From a virus, in IMG/VR virus record IMGVR_UViG_3300025645_000042, positions 55,102-119,101 of that record: a stretch of 64,000 nt of DNA; one strand, 5' to 3'. A program made the position numbers and the translations under genes. Below are positions 38,800-48,325 of the stretch, piece by piece; within the stretch, counting starts at the first letter, position 1; each line of letters opens with the position of its first letter. The notes under the pieces were generated by a model. It made no database searches, was not told the DNA's origin, and saw nothing but the letters and a program-made list of their open reading frames with translations.

Positions 38800-39523
38800 G
38801 TTTTAAATAACCCCTATTAGTGTCAACTCCTAAGAATAAATTTAACCCAGTTCCTATATCAAAATATGTGTTTTCTTTTTCTTCTAAAAATAGTTTATGG
38901 ATTAAAACTTCACTTAATGATGAGGCTGAAAATAAAAATACATGGTCTTTAATATTATTATCTTTTACCCATTTAATGATTTCATCAGATATGTCAAAAT
39001 TGTTAATCATACAATTATTACCAACTCTAAAATCTTTTTCAACTTTAAAAGGTAATTTTTCCAAATTTAAAGTCTCGTTACCAATAAAAACAATTTTTTT
39101 ATCATTAAATAATGGAACTATTTCATTTGTAAACCTATTAAAATTACCATTTATAAAAAGGTTGGCCCAAGTTAAATGTTCATCGTCACCACCTCTAAGA
39201 TTTACTTGCCAATCAAAAGCCTCTTGACCTACACAACACCTACAACTAAGCCCCACAAAATAATTCTCATCTTTATATTTAAACGCATCTTTTAAAGCAT
39301 CATAAAAAAAATGATGTTTACTAGAATCAACTTCTTTATAATTTATTGGGTCATAAGAACCACTATTTCTTACCCCATCAATCTCATACCATCCATTCCC
39401 CAATTTAGTGGTTTTATCCATAAGGAGATACATTTCCCCATCAGAAAATCTACCATATGCGAAATTTTCATTAGCTTTTAATTTTTCTAAAAATAAATTG
39501 AAATGTCCTTCAAATGTTTTCAT
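38771..39523 (-). CDS. GT-D/DUF1792-like glycosyltransferase
   Basis: N-terminal FAYGRFSDGE and C-terminal YFDIGTGL. Confidence 0.55.
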   Translation of the reverse strand: MKTFEGHFNLFLEKLKANENFAYGRFSDGEMYLLMDKTTKLGNGWYEIDGVRNSGSYDPINYKEVDSSKHHFFYDALKDAFKYKDENYFVGLSCRCCVGQEAFDWQVNLRGGDDEHLTWANLFINGNFNRFTNEIVPLFNDKKIVFIGNETLNLEKLPFKVEKDFRVGNNCMINNFDISDEIIKWVKDNNIKDHVFLFSASSLSEVLIHKLFLEEKENTYFDIGTGLNLFLGVDTNRGYLKHGNHKICIW

Positions 39524-40287
39524 TTTCTTACTTTTTTAACTGTTTGCCAATCTTTATCTATTAATTGAGAAACGATACTATTTCTTAATCCAATATGATT
39601 TGAATGAGTTAAAGAATGTGCGTTTTTATCGTAACCCCAATTATTATCCCTTGCTGGTACGTTTGACCAACTTTCAATATCATTTGGATTATGTGCTGGT
39701 ACATAAGTTTTTAACCCCATATACTTTTGAGCCGCATAAGAGAAAAACATATCTTCACCATTATCCCAACTAGGTGGTTTTTCCATCCACATTACCTTAG
39801 CTGTTTCTTGTTTGAAGAACCAAGCATGACCCACTAAATCTACATATGTCTTTCCATCGTTATGTTGACCATTCCAACCGACTACTGTATTTGGTCTATA
39901 TGCTTTATTATGAACTATAATTCCACTACCACCTAAAATTCCATCTTCTTCATTAATACAATTCATACAGTTTCTTAACCAATCTTTACCACATACCACA
40001 TCATCATCAAACATCGCTATATATGGTGTTTTACATAAAAGAGGTAATGTAAATCTACCCCAGAATTTTGTATTATGACTGCAATGATAAAATTTAACAC
40101 CTTTACTCATATATTCAGCAATGACTTTCATCAAAGTTAATGAGTCTTCCATATCACTTTCACCTTCAACTTTATTAACCCAAATATGGATATCTTCAGG
40201 TAATACCAACCCTGTAGCTAATACAGCTTCAATTTGGGATTCCAATGTGTAAGGTCTTTTATAAACGTTTAAAATTACTGATATCAT
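39520..40287 (-). CDS. Glycosyltransferase, GT-A/family 2-like
   Basis: ISVILNVYKRP, YIAMFDDD, GEDMFFS. Confidence 0.75.
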   Translation of the reverse strand: MISVILNVYKRPYTLESQIEAVLATGLVLPEDIHIWVNKVEGESDMEDSLTLMKVIAEYMSKGVKFYHCSHNTKFWGRFTLPLLCKTPYIAMFDDDVVCGKDWLRNCMNCINEEDGILGGSGIIVHNKAYRPNTVVGWNGQHNDGKTYVDLVGHAWFFKQETAKVMWMEKPPSWDNGEDMFFSYAAQKYMGLKTYVPAHNPNDIESWSNVPARDNNWGYDKNAHSLTHSNHIGLRNSIVSQLIDKDWQTVKKVRK

Positions 40288-41141
40288 TCTGGTATATATT
40301 TTCTCATTTTTTTAATATTCATCTTATTTCCAGCTCTTAAGAAGTTAATCATCTCCTTACCTTTCAAACCAAAATAATCTTCAGCTGCCGCACCATAGTT
40401 ATTAAGGTTATTATTCACACTACTTGGTCCAACATAAGTTGTCAAAACATCTAATCCTAAACATTTAGCTTCAACAATAATTCTACAATACGTTTCTCTG
40501 GCCGCTGGAAAGAACACCAATTTAGAATACTTAGACATATCAGTTAAAAAACCTTCACGACCAGTACCATTTTGAATAAACCCGTAAGGGATTTCATTCT
40601 TCGTACAGTAATCAATAGCACCTTGAGAATTCTTAATCCAGTTGTTGGTGTTGTAAATACAAGCTTTACCATTCTTTTCCAAATTCTCATCATATAACCT
40701 TTCCATAAGTTTAAGGTCATCTTCAGACCATATGTTGGTCCTCATATTAATGAAATTTGCTTCAACCCCATTTTTCTTATAAACGTTTAAATGGTCGGCT
40801 GATTTAACAAAAACAGCTTTAGCATTTTTATATAAATCATAATTTTGTCTTAATTCCTTTGGGATGATATCATTTGGGTATCTCCATGGATGTCTTGATT
40901 GGAGGATTTTATAATCACACTCAAAAATTATATAATTAAATTTATATATTTGTGATACTAAATCTGGATGCATAAGTGATATGTTCGAAATAATATAGAA
41001 ATCATCATAACTAAAACCCGTAACTTCTCTTGATTTCCAAAATTTTAAATCAAAATGTTCAATAAGCATTTGATTACCAACTTCTGAACCACCATGTGGC
41101 ATTTCTGCATAACTAAAATCTGATATTAATATATTAGCCAT
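40284..41141 (-). CDS. Glycosyltransferase-like protein (GT-B)
   Basis: GGSEVG and C-terminal ETYCRIIVEAKCLG (EX7E). Confidence 0.6.
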   Translation of the reverse strand: MANILISDFSYAEMPHGGSEVGNQMLIEHFDLKFWKSREVTGFSYDDFYIISNISLMHPDLVSQIYKFNYIIFECDYKILQSRHPWRYPNDIIPKELRQNYDLYKNAKAVFVKSADHLNVYKKNGVEANFINMRTNIWSEDDLKLMERLYDENLEKNGKACIYNTNNWIKNSQGAIDYCTKNEIPYGFIQNGTGREGFLTDMSKYSKLVFFPAARETYCRIIVEAKCLGLDVLTTYVGPSSVNNNLNNYGAAAEDYFGLKGKEMINFLRAGNKMNIKKMRKYIPE

Positions 41142-41284
41142 TTATTACAATTTTAAATTCATTGTATAATTCTTCAGCAGAATAATACTTATTTTCTTTG
41201 ACCCAAACATATTTATTATATTCAAACCCATTTTCTTTAGCCCAATGTAATATGTTAACCGCCAACGCTGTTTCTTTTTCCATA

Positions 41285-42007
41285 TTAAATGACTTTAAAT
41301 TGTTTTTTTTTCATTTCATCCATATACTTCATTGGTGGTCTAGTCCAGTGACCCGATAACCCAGTCTTTTGCATTTGCTCATTTCTCCTTTTAGCTAACA
41401 TATCATATCTCCATAGAACATACTCCTTACCTAAAAACTTGTAATGAAGTAACTTGAATTCTGGTCTTTCTGAAAACTTACCATTCTGTGCTTTGAAAGA
41501 GTGAGAACCGATACCGAATTTAATATCCAGTTTTGGGTCAAAAATAATATTTTTACTCATTACCTCATAAACATCAGAACCATATTTAACTTTATTGGTT
41601 AATAACTCACCATCATATTCAGGAAATTCATCAGAATACATATCATGACCATCAATTTTGGGTACTGTTACACCGCTTTTTTTATACTCTTCCAATTTCT
41701 TTAATAGATTTGGGTGATATAAAAATTCATCACAATCACATACAATTACCCAATCAACACCTTTGGTCCTACTTTGTTTATATGCACTATTCCTAATATT
41801 TACTTGCTGAAATTCATCATACTTACCATCAGCATTTTGCCATTTTTTTACAACAACATTATCATATTCTTTATAAATTTCATCAGAATCGTCATCCGAC
41901 ATATTATCATAAACGTATATTTTTTCACAAAACAGTGAATAATGGTCTAAAGTGTATCTTAATATTTTAGCTTCATTCCAAGCTATTATATGTGCGTGTA
42001 TTATCAT
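41285..42007 (-). CDS. Glycosyltransferase, family 2-like
   Basis: AWNEAKIL, YDNMSDD, WVIVCDCDEFL, LHYKFLG. Confidence 0.8.
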   Translation of the reverse strand: MIIHAHIIAWNEAKILRYTLDHYSLFCEKIYVYDNMSDDDSDEIYKEYDNVVVKKWQNADGKYDEFQQVNIRNSAYKQSRTKGVDWVIVCDCDEFLYHPNLLKKLEEYKKSGVTVPKIDGHDMYSDEFPEYDGELLTNKVKYGSDVYEVMSKNIIFDPKLDIKFGIGSHSFKAQNGKFSERPEFKLLHYKFLGKEYVLWRYDMLAKRRNEQMQKTGLSGHWTRPPMKYMDEMKKKQFKVI

Positions 42008-42822
42008 ACTTCTATAGGTATTTCTAATTTATTTAACCACATATTAAGAATTTGCTCATTCGTAAATGGTGATACTTCATGTTCGGTTTCTTCATTACCG
42101 AAAAATTTAGTTCCAGTTGACCAACATTCGTCTTTAACAAGACATGCCACTTCACCAATTGATGAGTGATAAACCCTACCAATCATATCATACATTTCTT
42201 GTTTACTTTCGGTATAACCATATTCAATTATTTTTGGCGACATTAATAATGGTTTAACTTCTTTATTATAATAATGGTCATTACCTACTTTACCAAAAAG
42301 ATATATTTTAGTACACTTATCTTTTAATGCTCGTTGAATTGAAATATGTGTTTGTTTTCTACTTTCAATACTACCAACAATTCCAGCAACTTTATCAAGT
42401 TCTGGTTTATCTTTTTTCTCTAAGATATTTTTTAAATTCGGTATTATTGAATGTGGTCCAGAATATTTACTTAGATTATTTATGTGATAATTAGCATGTT
42501 CTTGGTGAAGAAAAATCACTTCATCCCAATATGGATTAACACCACCAACATCAAACCACCACTTTTCATGACAAGCCAATACAACTTTTTTAGCGTTAGG
42601 TCTTTCACCTAGTTTAATGAAATGTGTAATTACACTATCTTCTGGGGTTATATTTTTTAAAGCATCAACTGTATATAAAGCACCATTACATTTATTCAAA
42701 TGATATTGATGTGGTCCAAATAAAATTGTTTCATAGCCCATTTCATTTAATTTATTAGTTAAATTAATTAAAACAACGGTTGAGCCACCTCTTTCGCTAT
42801 ATCCAGTTATTATTTTTATCAT
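42004..42822 (-). CDS. Glycosyltransferase-like protein (GT-B)
   Basis: RGGSTVVLINL, IVGSIESRKQ, EVACLVKDEC. Confidence 0.6.
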   Translation of the reverse strand: MIKIITGYSERGGSTVVLINLTNKLNEMGYETILFGPHQYHLNKCNGALYTVDALKNITPEDSVITHFIKLGERPNAKKVVLACHEKWWFDVGGVNPYWDEVIFLHQEHANYHINNLSKYSGPHSIIPNLKNILEKKDKPELDKVAGIVGSIESRKQTHISIQRALKDKCTKIYLFGKVGNDHYYNKEVKPLLMSPKIIEYGYTESKQEMYDMIGRVYHSSIGEVACLVKDECWSTGTKFFGNEETEHEVSPFTNEQILNMWLNKLEIPIEV

Positions 42823-44336
42823 TATTTTTGTTTTTGTAATGTATTAGATGGCACATACATTTTTTGCATATAATTAATACTATTAGGCATTTCTTTGAAT
42901 GCGCTAACTAATTTATTAAAGTCTTTATTAAGAATATCTAAAAAAGCTTTATCTTTAGAAAAAACATGTGATAATTGAATAACCGAATCATTATCAACAT
43001 ATACATTTTTATTGGCCAAAGAACATTTAGTAGCAAAGTCTGATTCATATAAGAATTCTTCATAATCCAACCTAAACCAACCTTGTTTAAGCAAATTATC
43101 ATAAGTGGTCATAAAACAGAACCCTAAATTACCCAACGGTTCTTTCATAAGACCTTGGGTATATAAATAATAACTATTCATACCTTTTAGGTGATATTTA
43201 ATTTGAGTTTCATTTTTCTCATTACCAATAAGGGTTACGTGAATACCAGTAGATAAAATAGTTTCATCTCTGTTTAAAACTCTTGGAAATATACATCCAA
43301 AATTTTTATCTTTTAGGTAAACAGAAACGAATTTTTTAATTACATTGGTTTTTATGGAAACATCATCTGATAAAAACATAATTAATTCATCATTATCATT
43401 TATGAATTCATCATCCCACCTTAATACTGACAAGTTTTTATGTAATGTTTGAAATGAACCTTCGAATATTTTAACATTATCACTTTCCAATTCTTTAATA
43501 TTTTCAACTTCATCTTCATTAGCAATAATATTAACACTGTAATTATTATAACCACATTGTTTTATTTCCTCTAATCTTTCATTAATTAACCTCTTCTCAC
43601 CTGAACTTGATATAAAAATCTTTAAGTTAGGTGTTTTCTTTAATTGAATATCCTCTAATATATATTCAGGGGTAACTTTAATTTTATTAGGTAAGTTTGA
43701 AGCGAATTTTTCAGCAAATAACTTTCTATTAGAATCCCATTCATCATTTGTTTGACCAATTGATTTATGTGTAACCTTAACTTCAAAAGTAACACCTATT
43801 TTAACACCAGCTAAATGATTTCTGAAACAAAAATCAACTTCATAAAAATGGAATCCTTCAACGGTCTCATCAAAATCTTCTTTAATTCTACCCTTGTGTA
43901 CTGCAAAGAATAAACCATCAACCATTACGGTTTCAATTATTTCCCCAGCAAAGTTTCCAGAATATTTAGATTCTAATGTTTTACCTTGGTAAGAATGTTT
44001 AACAATACCAACCATTTTACTTTTATCGGCCCACCATTGACCACTAATATCTAAATCTGTAGTCCCAGCGATACCTAAAATACCATAATCAGTAGTTTCA
44101 AAACTCTTTAAAAGTTTTCTACCCCAACCATTCTTATTAAAGATAATATCATCATGACAAAAAACTACAATATCATTTGTAGCTTGTTTTAATCCTCTAT
44201 TATATGCTTTGGTTAAAGATTCGCCATTATTTATAATTTCGATTACTTCAATCTTATTTGCAAGACCTGAAGTCTTTCTTATGTGGTCGTAATGTTCTCT
44301 ATTCGACTTTCTTGTACAATATATTACTGTTATCAT
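42822..44336 (-). CDS. Two-domain GT-A glycosyltransferase
   Basis: SLTKAYNRG...VFCHDD, VDGLF, FHFYEVDFC; a second GT-A-like half contains FLSDD. Confidence 0.8.
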   Translation of the reverse strand: MITVIYCTRKSNREHYDHIRKTSGLANKIEVIEIINNGESLTKAYNRGLKQATNDIVVFCHDDIIFNKNGWGRKLLKSFETTDYGILGIAGTTDLDISGQWWADKSKMVGIVKHSYQGKTLESKYSGNFAGEIIETVMVDGLFFAVHKGRIKEDFDETVEGFHFYEVDFCFRNHLAGVKIGVTFEVKVTHKSIGQTNDEWDSNRKLFAEKFASNLPNKIKVTPEYILEDIQLKKTPNLKIFISSSGEKRLINERLEEIKQCGYNNYSVNIIANEDEVENIKELESDNVKIFEGSFQTLHKNLSVLRWDDEFINDNDELIMFLSDDVSIKTNVIKKFVSVYLKDKNFGCIFPRVLNRDETILSTGIHVTLIGNEKNETQIKYHLKGMNSYYLYTQGLMKEPLGNLGFCFMTTYDNLLKQGWFRLDYEEFLYESDFATKCSLANKNVYVDNDSVIQLSHVFSKDKAFLDILNKDFNKLVSAFKEMPNSINYMQKMYVPSNTLQKQK

Positions 44337-44350
44337 TTATTTATATCTTA

Positions 44351-44608
44351 TTAATTTCTATTAATTCTTAATAGTAAGTTAAATCTCTTAAAATTTTCCA
44401 AATCTTCCATATCCCTAATTAAATCTTCATGGAAGATTTTACGTATCCTTTTGAAAGCTTCAGCGTCATAATCATTAATGAGTTTATCATTTAATTTTTC
44501 ATCAATTTCAATTAAACGAGTTTTATTAGATTTGATTGAGTCATTAATGAGTTTGATGATTTTTAAATTTTGTTGTAAATGAAATTCATCACTTTCTAAC
44601 GCATCCAT
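44351..44608 (-). CDS. Hypothetical protein
   Basis: 85-aa helical ORF. Confidence 0.45.
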   Translation of the reverse strand: MDALESDEFHLQQNLKIIKLINDSIKSNKTRLIEIDEKLNDKLINDYDAEAFKRIRKIFHEDLIRDMEDLENFKRFNLLLRINRN

Positions 44609-44609
44609 T

Positions 44610-44960
44610 TTATTTATCTTTTACAAAAATCCCATCAACCATTTTACCAGTTCTTTTTGAGATTACGTTATACGCTGATTCTAAACACTCTTCAATTGTT
44701 AATCCTTGCATCTTGGCTTGAATAATAAGAGTTACTAGAATATCACCAATGGCATCTTTTATTTCAAATTTAGTGTTTTTTAACTCACCATTTTCATCAA
44801 TGAATTCTTCTTCACCAGCATATTGAGCTGTGATGGCATCTGATAATTCTTCAATTTCTTCAACAGTTTTACTATGTTGAGAAAACGGAGTCGCTTTACT
44901 CATAATACCCTTATCTTTAGCCCACTTTAATACTTTAATACTTAATTGTTTAAATGTCAT
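44610..44960 (-). CDS. MazG-like nucleotide pyrophosphohydrolase
   Basis: KTVEEIEEL...KDAIGDILVTL...CLESAYNVISKR.G. Confidence 0.85.
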   Translation of the reverse strand: MTFKQLSIKVLKWAKDKGIMSKATPFSQHSKTVEEIEELSDAITAQYAGEEEFIDENGELKNTKFEIKDAIGDILVTLIIQAKMQGLTIEECLESAYNVISKRTGKMVDGIFVKDK

Positions 44961-44961
44961 A

Positions 44962-45525
44962 TTATTTACCCAATTCCTTTTCTTCTAGAATAGAAATTCT
45001 AATAGCTAATTTTAATAGGTCACCAACTGTTGTGTTGTGCCATTCAGCTTTACTATCATCTAATTTATCATAATTAACGATAGCTGAACATTCTTCATCA
45101 GTTAATTGAATACCATTTGATAGTGCGTAATAAACTGAACGCTCACCAATATCCATAGATGCTAATTCATTATTGAATGTGTACATTCTACCTTTATTTG
45201 TTTTCCACCAATCATTAGTTTCTGGAAGATATAATTTAGCTTTACCTATTCCATGTAATAACCCTACTCTGAATAGAGAAGCTTCACTAACTTTTAGATT
45301 ATCTGAAAAGTTATTCTTATTGATTAAGAACATATGTTTTGTTACACGCAGCATATGGTCAATTAACCCACCTTCAAAACAATTATGTAAATGTAAGAAT
45401 GTTGATGCTGGTGCTTTTATAAAATCTTCACCTAAGAATGTTTGTAATTCTGGTGTCGTTGCACCGTATTTTTCTGCTGTTTCTAAATACTTTTTAGTAT
45501 TTGAGATAATTTTGTCTTTTGTCAT
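44962..45525 (-). CDS. HD-domain-like protein with a degenerate HD (HG)
   Basis: H..FEGGLIDH..RV and LLHGIGKA. Confidence 0.65.
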   Translation of the reverse strand: MTKDKIISNTKKYLETAEKYGATTPELQTFLGEDFIKAPASTFLHLHNCFEGGLIDHMLRVTKHMFLINKNNFSDNLKVSEASLFRVGLLHGIGKAKLYLPETNDWWKTNKGRMYTFNNELASMDIGERSVYYALSNGIQLTDEECSAIVNYDKLDDSKAEWHNTTVGDLLKLAIRISILEEKELGK

Positions 45526-45526
45526 T

Positions 45527-45994
45527 TTATTTATTTTTGCTATTTATTTGTTTATTATTAAAAATCATTTCTTTAAGTCTTTCCAATTCACTTTCTAATG
45601 TAACCCCTTTTGGTAATGATTCTCTAAAACTAATTTCATGATTATCCCAACTTTTTTTAATTTCATTTAGATAAAATTTAGTTTCTGGTGATAAACTATC
45701 ACCTTCTTTGTATTTATAAATTTTATTAGGCTTTGAATTAAAGCGTTTAACTTCATTGAGGGTTTTTATCAATATGAAATTACCATTACCAGCCAAATCA
45801 ACGTATTCTTCCTTTGTACAATAATTAATATTACCTTTAATTACATGATTAAATAAATCATTAAATCTATCTTTATTTACTTCTAAAAAAGCATATAAAG
45901 ACTCTTCTTTAGTTAATTTTTCTTTAGTTAATTTTTCTTTAGTAGAAATTTGATAGGTTAACCAATCTTTTATTTTTTTAAAAAAATTCTTCAT
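45527..45994 (-). CDS. Hypothetical protein with a 15-bp tandem repeat (KEKLT)
   Basis: ttctttagttaattt repeated at 45905-45943. Confidence 0.5.
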   Translation of the reverse strand: MKNFFKKIKDWLTYQISTKEKLTKEKLTKEESLYAFLEVNKDRFNDLFNHVIKGNINYCTKEEYVDLAGNGNFILIKTLNEVKRFNSKPNKIYKYKEGDSLSPETKFYLNEIKKSWDNHEISFRESLPKGVTLESELERLKEMIFNNKQINSKNK

Positions 45995-45998
45995 AATA

Positions 45999-46030
45999 CA
46001 AATATACTATTTTTTCTTGTTAAAAACAAG
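45999..46030 (-). promoter_or_regulatory. Bacteroidota-type housekeeping promoter
   Basis: Minus strand CTTG-N20-TATATTTG, 4 nt before ATG 45994. Confidence 0.6.
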
Positions 46031-47245
46031 TGTTTTATAATATTCAGCTCTTTCTTTTGTAACTACATCCATGGAGTATTTATCCTTAACGCTATTATAA
46101 AGATTTTCACCAAATACTGATATTAATTCTGGGTTTTGAATTAACTTTTTTAAATATTGATACCATTGTTTGTGGTTTCTATGTGAATCGACTAAGAATC
46201 CATTTTTAGTTGTGTCTAATTCACCACCTTTCATATAAGCATTTTCGATATCTATAGTATAAGGTCCATAGTTTTGAGCTATTAAAGCTTTTTTATGGAA
46301 ACCACTCTCAATTACTTTTAATTGACTCTTAACCAAGTTGAATGTGTGTTCGGCCAATGGTGCTAAAGAAATATCAAATAAATTATAATTATTCGCATAA
46401 CTACTAATTGGTTTAGTCCAAACTCTTCTATAAGGTTCATTCTCAATCCCATCGAATTCTTGTTCAACATATCTTTGTAAATGTTCTTTATATTCTGGAC
46501 TGATTATTTTATAATCACTGGTAAATATTTTTTCATAATCTACCCAAACAGTCTCATGTGGTTCAATATCCCTTTGTGTTTGTTCACCAGTATCTTTGTT
46601 AATCATATTAACCTTACCTCTAATATCAAAACCACATACCACAAATTGCACTTTATCTAATAAATTATCAGATTTTAATTTATCCGCAAGATTATTAAGA
46701 AGTTTTAAATCATGTAAATGTGAACTACCCCCAAGCCAACCAATTCTGATTTTATCAGATGGTTCTGGGTTTGAGATAAATTGTGTTTCTGTTGGGTCAA
46801 TTGCATTAGGTAATACAATTACATTTTTATTAACCTTTGAAATTTCCTTTGCGAAAATTGCTGTAGTGGTTATAATGTTTTGTGCTATTTTTAAATTATT
46901 TTTAATTTTAACATCTAACGCATTATTTTTAACAATATGATAAGCTGGATGTTTCATATCAGGTAACCAATAATCATCTAAATCCATTACAGTTATAATA
47001 CCTAATGAATGTATATGATTTAATAAAGTTTCCATTTGGTCATAATCACCTAAAGTTCTATGATAATGAATAATATCATATTGTTTTAACCATTCATTGT
47101 CATTTAACTTTGGTTCGTAATCTATATCTATATGAAATTCATCTGGGAAAAGATTTTCCAAATGTATGTGAGGTTTGGTTGACCTATAATAACTTACTCC
47201 AGTTCGGTCACTAGGCACTACTAAAACTTTAATTTTCTTACTCAT
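46007..47245 (-). CDS. Glycosyltransferase, GT-B/family 4-like
   Basis: DLDDYW, RIGWLGGSSH..DL, FDISLAPL....FN..KSQLKVIESG. Confidence 0.85.
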   Translation of the reverse strand: MSKKIKVLVVPSDRTGVSYYRSTKPHIHLENLFPDEFHIDIDYEPKLNDNEWLKQYDIIHYHRTLGDYDQMETLLNHIHSLGIITVMDLDDYWLPDMKHPAYHIVKNNALDVKIKNNLKIAQNIITTTAIFAKEISKVNKNVIVLPNAIDPTETQFISNPEPSDKIRIGWLGGSSHLHDLKLLNNLADKLKSDNLLDKVQFVVCGFDIRGKVNMINKDTGEQTQRDIEPHETVWVDYEKIFTSDYKIISPEYKEHLQRYVEQEFDGIENEPYRRVWTKPISSYANNYNLFDISLAPLAEHTFNLVKSQLKVIESGFHKKALIAQNYGPYTIDIENAYMKGGELDTTKNGFLVDSHRNHKQWYQYLKKLIQNPELISVFGENLYNSVKDKYSMDVVTKERAEYYKTLVFNKKK

Positions 47246-47296
47246 TTAATTTTTAATTATAAGTAAGTATAATAAATTTTTAAATATAAGTAAATA

Positions 47297-47323
47297 AAAA
47301 ATCCCACATTTTTGTGGGATTTT
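47297..47323 (-). terminator. Rho-independent terminator
   Basis: atcccaca-tttt-tgtgggat flanked by A/T runs. Confidence 0.75.
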
Positions 47324-47327
47324 GATA

Positions 47328-47915
47328 TTAATTAGCTGTTTTTGCCTTAACTTTGATTTTTCCTTCTCTTATTAGAGTTGTAATTGTTTTCTTAATTGTA
47401 TTCTCTGTTAAATTTTTTGTAAATGTCTTTGTCATAAAATCCATTAATGCATCATTAATTTTTTTATCTAATTCAGCTTCAGTTAATGTTATTAACATTT
47501 TTCCTTGTGAATTTGTTACAACTGTTTCATTCATTTGTTGCGGAATTTGTTGTTGTGGAATAGCCTGTTGTGGGGTAGATTGTACCATACCTCTAACATC
47601 ATCCATTGAGAAAGTTGGTCCACCACCACTACCCATTTCCATTTGAGGGATAGGTTGCTCAATCATCAATTTTTTAATTGAATCTGGTAATCTTGAACTT
47701 TTAATTTTATCAACACTTGGAGTTCCCATAGGTCTAGCCGCATTTCTTTGTGATACAGCACCATCAGGTAAATTTTCAAGTAATGGTGTTTCACCACTAC
47801 CCATTCTTGATTGAACTGTTGCGTGGTCCACTTTATAATTTCCACTTTCTACTTTAGCCATGGTTTGTTTTGCCCTCATTAGGTTCGCCATGAAATCTGC
47901 TTTCTTATCTGACAT
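47328..47915 (-). CDS. Hypothetical protein
   Basis: 195 aa, with a Gln/Pro-rich middle. Confidence 0.55.
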   Translation of the reverse strand: MSDKKADFMANLMRAKQTMAKVESGNYKVDHATVQSRMGSGETPLLENLPDGAVSQRNAARPMGTPSVDKIKSSRLPDSIKKLMIEQPIPQMEMGSGGGPTFSMDDVRGMVQSTPQQAIPQQQIPQQMNETVVTNSQGKMLITLTEAELDKKINDALMDFMTKTFTKNLTENTIKKTITTLIREGKIKVKAKTAN

Positions 47916-47924
47916 ATTTACTTT

Positions 47925-48320
47925 TTATTTATTAAAATTTGATATAGTAACACTACCACCATGACTTAATGTTTTATCATGGGGTTTAAAATCTTCAGCA
48001 TCACTACCCGCTCTATCTGAAATTGGATTATAGAATTTATATTCTGTTTTTTCAAAATCTGTTATTCTATCTAATCTAAATGTTTTCCAACCACGTCCAT
48101 TAGGTCCAGATAATTGATACACTCTAATTGCATCATTATTACCGTATGTAGTTCCAAAGTTATAAACTTCACAATATCTTTTCATATTAGCACTACCATC
48201 ATTCTTACCGTTATCATATGTAATGTTAACAGTATAATGTTTTTCAATGGCATCCATAACCATCTCAATCTCGGTTGCTTCTAATATAACCTTTTTATAT
48301 AAATTGTAAAGTTTTAACAT
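47925..48320 (-). CDS. Stand-alone WYL-like domain protein
   Basis: AI..H..V.I.Y...R..E.Y..G...IR.YQ...WKTFRLDRI. Confidence 0.65.
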   Translation of the reverse strand: MLKLYNLYKKVILEATEIEMVMDAIEKHYTVNITYDNGKNDGSANMKRYCEVYNFGTTYGNNDAIRVYQLSGPNGRGWKTFRLDRITDFEKTEYKFYNPISDRAGSDAEDFKPHDKTLSHGGSVTISNFNK

Positions 48321-48325
48321 AAAAA

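Noticed and set aside
45905-45943. 15-bp tandem repeat (KEKLT x2.6)
   Set aside because: A simple in-frame slippage duplication with no sign of function.
23885-47245. DNA hypermodification cluster, or a captured host O-antigen/capsule locus
   Set aside because: No dCMP/dUMP hydroxymethylase or T4-type DNA glucosyltransferase context is in the window, and there is no flippase, polymerase, exporter or initiating transferase. It cannot be fully excluded without the rest of the genome.
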